From an uncultured Peptococcaceae bacterium (GTDB lineage: Bacteria > Bacillota > Dehalobacteriia > UBA4068 > UBA4997), in contig CBCTTQ010000004.1 of NCBI GenBank assembly GCA_965149945.1, positions 10,851 through 74,850 on the forward strand: a stretch of 64,000 bases of DNA. Reading direction: 5' to 3'. Below, piece after piece: positions 57,772 to 64,000 of the stretch (position 1 is its first letter; the number at the start of each line of letters is the position of its first letter). Under the pieces are notes generated by a model that did no database searches, was not told where the DNA came from, and worked only from the letters and a program-made list of their open reading frames with translations. The translations under genes were made by a program, and so were the position numbers.

Positions 57772-59214
57772 ATGGCAGAAAGGCAGGAAAAAATGAAACA
57801 AAAGACGGATTTCTTTCGGGAACTTTTTCGAGAATATGATATTCGAGGGCGGGTACGCCCCGGGGAGATGGATCGAACCGCCGTTTTGCGAATCGCGCGA
57901 GGGTTTTCGCGATATTTGCGGCGGCGGGGAGTACAAAAAGTGGTAGTGGGTTATGATAATCGCAGGGAATCTCCTTTCTTTGCGCGTTTGGCAGCCGAGA
58001 CTTTAGCGGAACAAGGGTTTCTGGTTTATCAAATCGGACTTTGTATTACACCGGCGGCTTATTTTGCTCAATATTATTACGAAGCGCCCGGGGTGATGAT
58101 GATTACCGCCAGCCACAATCCAAAGGGGTGGTGCGGCTGTAAGTTGGGGGACGGTTTTGCGAAAACGTTGGGTCCGTCGGAAATTCAGGAACTGTATGAA
58201 GATTGCCGCGGGGAGACTGCGGCGCCGCCGCGGGCTGGAGGCGCTCTTTATCATGTTTCGATTCGAGAAGCTTATTTGCGGGATTTGGTGGAGCAGGCGG
58301 CGGCGCCAGCCAATTCTCTGCGGGTGGTGGTGGACGCCGGTAACGGGGCCGCCGGAATTTACGCTTGGGAGCTGTTTCAACGGTTGGGTTATCTCACATT
58401 TCCTTTGCATTGCGAGCCAGATCCCGATTATCCGCACTATTTCCCTAATCCTTCGGAAAAAACAGCGAGAGAGGCTCTAAAACAGGCTGTGACCACGGTC
58501 GGCATTGACGGGGATATCGGCTTGGCTTTCGACGGAGACGGCGATCGACTGGGTGTTGTGGACGGACGGGGGCAGGATGTTTGGGCGGATCGAGTCTTGA
58601 TGATTTTGGTTCGGGATTATTTGAAAAAATACCCGGGCAGTTCGGTGGTATTTGATGTGAAATGCAGCCGCGCCTTACCAGAGACTATTGCCGCCGCCGG
58701 CGGTAACGCGATCATGTGGAAAACAGGACACTCCTATATAAAAGCGAAAATGAAAGAAACGGAAGCTGTTTTGGGCGGCGAGCGCAGCGGTCATATTTTT
58801 TTTAATGATCGTGGTCGCGGTTATGATGACGCTCTTTTGGCGGGAGCGTCTTTACTGCGGGTATTGGCGGAAAAAGGGCAGAGTCTCGAAACGATGCTGG
58901 ATGCTTTTCCGTCTTATGAAACTTCTTCTGAAATCCGTATTGCCAGTACCGATGAAAAAAAATACCTGCAAATTCAACAACTACAACAATATTTTGTACG
59001 CGCTTACGGAGAGGGGCGCGTTTGCCGCGTCAACGGGGCGCGGGTGGATTTCCCTCAGTACGGCGGTTGGGCATTGGTGCGGGCGTCTTCCAATTTGCCG
59101 GAGTTGGTGGTGGTGGCGGAAGCTTCTGACCGAGAAAATTTGCAAAATTTGAAGGCAGAGTTTCAGCGGGATTTGGTGAAAAACGGGATTACCGAGCCAT
59201 GGCAGAATCAATAA
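57772..59214 (+). CDS. phosphomannomutase/phosphoglucomutase (alpha-D-phosphohexomutase family); alternative start ATG 57793
   Basis: Active-site TASHNP and Mg-binding FDGDGDR. Confidence 0.9.
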   Translation: MAERQEKMKQKTDFFRELFREYDIRGRVRPGEMDRTAVLRIARGFSRYLRRRGVQKVVVGYDNRRESPFFARLAAETLAEQGFLVYQIGLCITPAAYFAQYYYEAPGVMMITASHNPKGWCGCKLGDGFAKTLGPSEIQELYEDCRGETAAPPRAGGALYHVSIREAYLRDLVEQAAAPANSLRVVVDAGNGAAGIYAWELFQRLGYLTFPLHCEPDPDYPHYFPNPSEKTAREALKQAVTTVGIDGDIGLAFDGDGDRLGVVDGRGQDVWADRVLMILVRDYLKKYPGSSVVFDVKCSRALPETIAAAGGNAIMWKTGHSYIKAKMKETEAVLGGERSGHIFFNDRGRGYDDALLAGASLLRVLAEKGQSLETMLDAFPSYETSSEIRIASTDEKKYLQIQQLQQYFVRAYGEGRVCRVNGARVDFPQYGGWALVRASSNLPELVVVAEASDRENLQNLKAEFQRDLVKNGITEPWQNQ

Positions 59215-59326
59215 AAGATCCGGAGAAAGAAGGCGTTTTTCAGATTAAAGGCAGGAAAACGGCTGGAATTTCCACTCTGAGTATGGTATGATGAAACATA
59301 GGAAAAAGAAAATCAGGAGGTGCGCA

Positions 59327-61264
59327 ATGTTCGGTTTGATCAGAGTGGCGGCGGCCAGTCCCCGGTTGGCGGTGGCGGATTGTCAATATAATAAAGAAGC
59401 GATTCTGCGTTTGGTGGAAGAAGCGGAAGAAGAGGATGTGCGAATTTTAACTTTTCCGGAGCTGTGTTTAACCGGAAGTTCCTGCGGCGATTTGTTCTAT
59501 CAAGAAACTTTACGGCGAGCGGCAAAGAAGGCTTTGCTGGAAATCGCCGCCGTGACAGCGGAAAAGAATCTTTTGCTGGTGTTGGGGCTGCCCTTAGCTG
59601 TGAAAAATAAAATTTACAATGTGGCGGCAGTGGTGACAGGCGGTCGTGTGTTGGGTTTTGTGCCCCGATCGCAGGCAGTGGGACAGCGGCAGCTGGCATT
59701 GTTCCCCAAAGAAGAAATTTGGCAGATTCCTTTTGGCGGTAATTTGGTTACGCTGGGCAGGCGGCAGTTATTTACGGCGGAAGGGTTCCCGGAATTGAAA
59801 ATTGCCCTGGAAGTAGGGGCGGATGCTTGGGCTGCGGTACCGCCCTGTACCGAAGCGGCGGCAGCCGGCGCCACCTTGATTTTGCATCCGGCGGCGGAAG
59901 GAGAAACAGTGGTTTCTGCCCAAAGGCGGAGGAAACGCTTGGCTGTGCAAAGCGGGACTTTGGCGGTGGGTTGGATTTATGCCGGCGCCGGCATTGGAGA
60001 ATCCACTCAGGATATGGTTTGCTCCGGCGCGACTTTGATTTTTGAAAACGGTGATTTGTTGGCGAAAGGACAGCGCTTTTCCGCGGAAGGCGCGTTGACC
60101 ATTGCTGATTTGGATGTGGATTTGTTGGCGGCGGAACGGCGGAGAAGAAGTGATTTTTCCGTGGACGCCGATAGTTGGCAGGAACACGAATTTACTATGG
60201 AAATCCGGAGTTCGGGGGATTTGCGGCGGGAAGTCGCTCGAGCGCCCTTTGCTCCGGAAACGGGAGAGGCGCTGGCGGAACGTTGCGCGGAAATATTTTC
60301 GATTCAAACGACGGCGGTGGCACGGCGTCTGGCGCATACCCATGCACGGCGAGCGGTGGTGGGAATCAGCGGCGGATTGGACTCGACTTTGGCGCTGTTG
60401 GTTTTGGTTCGTGCCTTTGACCGTCTGGGACGCGACCGCAAGGAGATTATGGGAGTGACGATGCCCGGCTTCGGTACGACGGATCGCACTTATCAGAATG
60501 CGCTGGCATTGATGGACGGGCTCGGCATCACCAGAGAGGAAATTTCCATTGTGCCTTCTTTGCTGCAGCATTTAGCGGATATCCATCACGATTCGAAAAA
60601 TCACAATGTGACTTATGAAAACGCCCAGGCACGGGAACGGACGCAGATTTTAATGGATTTGGCCAATGATAATAACGGATTGGTAATCGGTACCGGAGAT
60701 CTTTCAGAACTGGCATTAGGGTGGGCTACCTATAACGGGGATCATATGTCCATGTACGGGGTGAATGCCGGTGTGCCTAAGACTGTGGTGCGTATGGTGG
60801 TGGATTGGATCAGCCGCCGGGGCGGATTGGGCGACGGTGTAAACGAAATCCTGCGGGATGTGCTGGATACGCCCATCAGCCCTGAACTTTTGCCCCCTGA
60901 CGAGGCGGGAGATATTCGCCAAAAAACTGAAGACATTGTAGGTCCTTATGAATTGCATGATTTCTTTTTATATTATGTGGTGCGCTGCGGATTCACACCG
61001 GAAAAGATTTTTCTTTACGCCAAACAGGCTTGGGGGGAAGTGTATGATGATCGCACCTTGTTGAAGTGGCTGCGAAATTTTTATCATCGCTTTTTCCAGC
61101 AGCAGTTTAAACGTTCTTGTATGCCTGATGGTCCGTTGGTCGGTTCTGTGACACTGTCACCGCGAGGCGGTTGGCAGATGCCCAGTGATGCTTGTTCGAC
61201 TCTTTGGCTGGAGCAAATAGAAGAGTTGATGAAAGAAACGGTGGGCGAAGTCACTTCGGTATAA
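59327..61264 (+). CDS. nadE: NAD+ synthetase, long form with an N-terminal CN-hydrolase (glutaminase) domain whose catalytic triad is degenerate
   Basis: Synthetase P-loop ISGGLDST with GTGDLSELALGW. The N-domain is collinear with glutamine-dependent NadE, but K is replaced by R (59666-59668) and C by G (59816-59818). SD is AGGAGGTG. Confidence 0.9.
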   Translation: MFGLIRVAAASPRLAVADCQYNKEAILRLVEEAEEEDVRILTFPELCLTGSSCGDLFYQETLRRAAKKALLEIAAVTAEKNLLLVLGLPLAVKNKIYNVAAVVTGGRVLGFVPRSQAVGQRQLALFPKEEIWQIPFGGNLVTLGRRQLFTAEGFPELKIALEVGADAWAAVPPCTEAAAAGATLILHPAAEGETVVSAQRRRKRLAVQSGTLAVGWIYAGAGIGESTQDMVCSGATLIFENGDLLAKGQRFSAEGALTIADLDVDLLAAERRRRSDFSVDADSWQEHEFTMEIRSSGDLRREVARAPFAPETGEALAERCAEIFSIQTTAVARRLAHTHARRAVVGISGGLDSTLALLVLVRAFDRLGRDRKEIMGVTMPGFGTTDRTYQNALALMDGLGITREEISIVPSLLQHLADIHHDSKNHNVTYENAQARERTQILMDLANDNNGLVIGTGDLSELALGWATYNGDHMSMYGVNAGVPKTVVRMVVDWISRRGGLGDGVNEILRDVLDTPISPELLPPDEAGDIRQKTEDIVGPYELHDFFLYYVVRCGFTPEKIFLYAKQAWGEVYDDRTLLKWLRNFYHRFFQQQFKRSCMPDGPLVGSVTLSPRGGWQMPSDACSTLWLEQIEELMKETVGEVTSV

Positions 61265-61311
61265 GTGATTTTGGTATGATAACAATGATAAGAAAATTTG
61301 TGTCATGAAAG

Positions 61312-61344
61312 AAAAGGCAGCGAATATTCTTCGCTGCCTTTTTA
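61312..61344 (+). terminator. rho-independent terminator of nadE
   Basis: Stem GGCAGCGAA/TTCGCTGCC followed by T5. Confidence 0.85.
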
Positions 61345-61688
61345 TGGTCAGAAAGGAAAGAAAGCGTCTCCACAATGCGGAAAGCGTCGAGGAATTTTTT
61401 GTTAGCTGCAAATAGGACAGAAGAGATGGTTGGGTTTGCTAAACAGAGGTTTTGTATGGCGGGCGGGAAGTCTTCTGTACAGAAAATCGATAAAAGGAGG
61501 AATTTTCTCAGGAATGCGGATCAGCGCCGTCTCTGAAGAGAAAGATTTTCTTTGAACGGGAGACGGATGCCGCGTTTTTAGCGGTATCTAAACTTTGGGA
61601 CAGGTATTCGACAGAGCTTCCGCAAGCAGGCGTCGGCAAGTTTTCAGGCAAAAAGCCCGGCAAAGGTAAGGAAAATTTGTTTTCAAAC

Positions 61689-61723
61689 GCAACAAGAGCC
61701 GTCAAAAAGACGGCTCTTGTTGC
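61689..61723 (-). terminator. hairpin terminator downstream of the minus-strand membrane-protein gene
   Basis: Perfect 15-bp stem GCAACAAGAGCCGTC/GACGGCTCTTGTTGC with only a weak U tract. Confidence 0.6.
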
Positions 61724-61758
61724 TGTGATAGTGTATAGTTGTGTGAGCTTTTCGATAG

Positions 61759-62439
61759 TTAAGACTGTTTTTCTGTTTCTGCCGCGGCTTCGGTGTGAGC
61801 ATCTTCTTGAGACGTCTTGTCTTCGGAAGTTACCGCTTCTTTCCGCGTGGAAGTCGCTGACGAATCTGCTTCTGCTGTCGGGGACTCTTCTTCGGTTTGG
61901 GAACAACGGGGTTCCTCGATGTTCCCGTCGGCAATGGCTTTGCGATTGCCGAGGATGAAGGCAATGCCCTGGACGATGAAATAGAAAAACAGGATTAAAA
62001 AGGCGGAATCATAATTGCCGAATCCGATCGTCAGTCCGAAAATCCAAATGGCTGCGGCCAACGCCAGAAACAAGGCGCTGAACCGATAGCGTTTTTTGAT
62101 TACCGCCATGGTAAAAGGCTTACGTTTTCTTTTGGGATTGGTCTCCGTCAAAGTTTTGTAAGCGATTTTTGATAAGAATCCGGTCGCGAGCCACAAGATA
62201 AAAAGAACTAAACAGGGACCCGCGATCCATGGATGATATACGTACGATTTTATTATATAATAAAACAGCAGGATAAAGCAAGGGGCTACGAGAAAAAAGA
62301 TTAAAAATCCCCAAAAAATTTTTTTTCCGGTAGGGCTCAGTTTGTATAAGCGGGGCATTGACTGAAAACCAAAGAAAAAACTGGATAAAATCAGAATTAT
62401 AACCGCTAATACAATGGTGATCAAAACAATTCCCTCCAA
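61759..62439 (-). CDS. hypothetical membrane protein (about 6 TM) with an acidic C-terminal tail
   Basis: 226 aa with a coherent hydrophobic periodicity. No family recognised. Confidence 0.55.
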   Translation of the reverse strand: MEGIVLITIVLAVIILILSSFFFGFQSMPRLYKLSPTGKKIFWGFLIFFLVAPCFILLFYYIIKSYVYHPWIAGPCLVLFILWLATGFLSKIAYKTLTETNPKRKRKPFTMAVIKKRYRFSALFLALAAAIWIFGLTIGFGNYDSAFLILFFYFIVQGIAFILGNRKAIADGNIEEPRCSQTEEESPTAEADSSATSTRKEAVTSEDKTSQEDAHTEAAAETEKQS

Positions 62440-62511
62440 AACACGATCCGATTTCCCTTAAATCCTTTGTAAGTTTATTAATTCGATAAAATTCGTTAAA
62501 ATCCTGCAAAA

Positions 62512-63444
62512 CTAGGAATTTTCTTCCGGGGGTTCCCGATATTGCATCAATGCTTCCCGTTGTTCCAGCAAAAACTCAGCAAAGGCATTGACGCCGGGAA
62601 CGGGATAGGGGGTTTTCCATTTGGCGATGAAAAATTCACGAGGAATGCTCATGCCGGGAATATGGATTTCTCTCAGTTTCCCTAATTTAATAAGAGGATC
62701 TGCCGCCCAGCGGCTGACAAAAGCAAAACCCATTCCCGCCGATACGGCGTTCAGAAGCCCTTGCGTTGTGGTAATGGAGACGTATTTGGGAAAAGAGGCA
62801 ATGCTGAGATCCCGCTGCTTCAGTGCTTGATCGATGGAAATTCTGGTGCCGCTTTGGACGCCGCGTCCGACCATGACAAAATCCGTCAGTTGCTCCAGTT
62901 GCGCTGTTTGGGGAATGCTTTGGTTTTGGCTGGAGGTGACAGCGATAATCTCATCCTGCAGCCAGGGTGTATACGAGATTTCCGGGAGATTCTTTTTCGT
63001 ACCCACAATGCCGATATCAATTTGAGCGGCAGCCAGCTGATCCAGTATGTTTACGGAATCATTGACCTCCATGCGGATTTCCAATTTGTCATGGGCATTG
63101 CTGAATTGATACAGCAAATGGGGCAAAATGTATTCACCGGGAATGCTGCTGGCGCCGATGACTAAATGCCCCTTGTTCATTTCTTTATAATTTTCAATGG
63201 TGTTCAGTACATGATTATAGACACCCAACATCTCTTTAGCGGCGCGATAGACAATTTCCCCGGCTTCCGAAAGTTCCAAACTGCGGTCCTTTTTTTTGAA
63301 CAGGGATACTTCCAGATCTTCTTCCAGTTTTTTGATTTGCCAGGAAATGGCAGGCTGCGTCATGAAAAGACTTTCCGCCGCGGCGGTGAAACTTCCTTTT
63401 TCCACGATGTTGGCAAAAATGTTCAATTGTTTTAGATTGGTCAT
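62512..63444 (-). CDS. LysR family transcriptional regulator
   Basis: N-terminal HTH LKQLNIFANIVEKGSFTAAAESLFMTQPAISWQIKKLEEDL; 310 aa. Confidence 0.92.
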   Translation of the reverse strand: MTNLKQLNIFANIVEKGSFTAAAESLFMTQPAISWQIKKLEEDLEVSLFKKKDRSLELSEAGEIVYRAAKEMLGVYNHVLNTIENYKEMNKGHLVIGASSIPGEYILPHLLYQFSNAHDKLEIRMEVNDSVNILDQLAAAQIDIGIVGTKKNLPEISYTPWLQDEIIAVTSSQNQSIPQTAQLEQLTDFVMVGRGVQSGTRISIDQALKQRDLSIASFPKYVSITTTQGLLNAVSAGMGFAFVSRWAADPLIKLGKLREIHIPGMSIPREFFIAKWKTPYPVPGVNAFAEFLLEQREALMQYREPPEENS

Positions 63445-63486
63445 ATGGTTTCACTCCGTTAAATCGTTCCTGAGTGGAAGAGAACA

Positions 63487-63747
63487 TTACATAATGTAAA
63501 GTCCTTCGATTTCCAGATTGTCCTTTTTGATTTGTTCCCGAATGCGTGTTTCATCCTCCACCTGTCCTTGCCAGGCAATGCCGCAGCTGGAAGATAAACT
63601 GCGGGGAACGGGAATAAGGCGGCCCGGAATGGCCGCCTTTTGAAAATGATCGTTTAGGTTCATGGTATCATAAGTGGTGGGGAAGGTGATGACAACGGAT
63701 GGCTTACGCTTCCCCTCTTTCTTTTTAAATAAATGTATTGGCATCAA
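63487..63747 (-). CDS. DUF3343-like small protein (putative Se/S carrier-associated)
   Basis: Motif IPGRLIPVPRSLSSSCGIAW and C-terminal NLEIEGLY resemble DUF3343. Start is TTG 63747 or ATG 63744. Confidence 0.6.
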   Translation of the reverse strand: MMPIHLFKKKEGKRKPSVVITFPTTYDTMNLNDHFQKAAIPGRLIPVPRSLSSSCGIAWQGQVEDETRIREQIKKDNLEIEGLYIM

Positions 63748-63767
63748 TAACCCACATCCCGATTCTG

Positions 63768-63974
63768 CTATTGAATATGAATGAGATAATCTCCTTCTGC
63801 GTTCTGTGTTACGGAGACGGTTTTTTTATGGCTTTTGGCTTGACGGCTGACATTTTCTTTGGCGGCGCCGTTATCCACCATGACCAATAATTCTTGTTCT
63901 CCGGCATCTAAAGCCGCTTTGGTCAGCATGACCGGTTCCGGACAAGACAGTCCGCGTGCGTCAATTTCTTTCAT
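63768..63974 (-). CDS. TusA/SirA/YedF-like sulfurtransferase-fold protein
   Basis: Signature DARGLSCPEPVM; 68 aa. Confidence 0.85.
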   Translation of the reverse strand: MKEIDARGLSCPEPVMLTKAALDAGEQELLVMVDNGAAKENVSRQAKSHKKTVSVTQNAEGDYLIHIQ

Positions 63975-64000
63975 AGAGATCCCTCTTTTCCAGTATAACA

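Overview
This window looks like a chromosomal, mostly housekeeping segment of an anaerobic, endospore-forming Bacillota (Firmicutes)-type genome. Supporting markers are bofA, spoVT and the pth-mfd-(foldase)...spoVT order; groES/groEL behind a perfect CIRCE operator; a partial [FeFe]-hydrogenase; and an SLH/CsaB cell-wall cluster. I call about 55 CDS and one ncRNA (SRP RNA), plus promoters, operator-like palindromes, rho-independent terminators and three short tandem repeats. Main blocks in order:
- hydA (partial).
- An RND efflux operon (MFP, RND pump, TolC-like protein, TetR).
- An SLH protein, split DUF5693-like ORFs, then csaB, murJ and a tagO-like gene.
- Orphan small proteins, then comFC, htrA and rlmH.
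- A MarR-MFS pair, bofA, a crotonase-family protein and a PRC-barrel protein.
- pth, mfd, a PrsA-like foldase, and a plsA/plsR-like pair of the BCR/HAD family.
- A Cys-rich membrane protein, spoVT, and a YtrA-type GntR with an ABC transporter.
- PBP1A, gdhA, cysE and groESL.
- A TetR with DUF3267, then glyA and dCMP deaminase.
- A GGDEF protein, a DegT-like protein, DUF134 with a NifX-like protein, and an EamA transporter.
- ffs, a PMM/PGM, nadE, a membrane protein, and LysR-DUF3343-TusA/YedF at the window edge.
I saw no tRNA or rRNA genes, CRISPR arrays, transposases, integrases, phage genes or recognisable defence genes. I did not find a convincing novel multi-gene system. The leads most worth a second look are:
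1. Two single in-frame stop codons that split otherwise collinear proteins: TGA at 10739 in the DUF5693-like pair, and TAG at 56303 between a NifX-like domain and a His/Cys/Asp-rich tail.
2. An untracked 46-aa zinc-ribbon ORF with a canonical Shine-Dalgarno (SD) site, convergent with and overlapping a 62-aa zinc-ribbon ORF.
3. Several enzymes with substituted catalytic residues: HydA L1 motif TSCSP, the NadE glutaminase triad with K->R and C->G, a DegT-like protein lacking the PLP lysine, and a parvulin domain lacking both histidines.
4. A 39-bp perfect palindrome over the DUF134 promoter.
5. A roughly 690-bp non-coding region upstream of pth that carries a near-consensus promoter.
All product calls come from motif recognition by eye. 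No database search was run.
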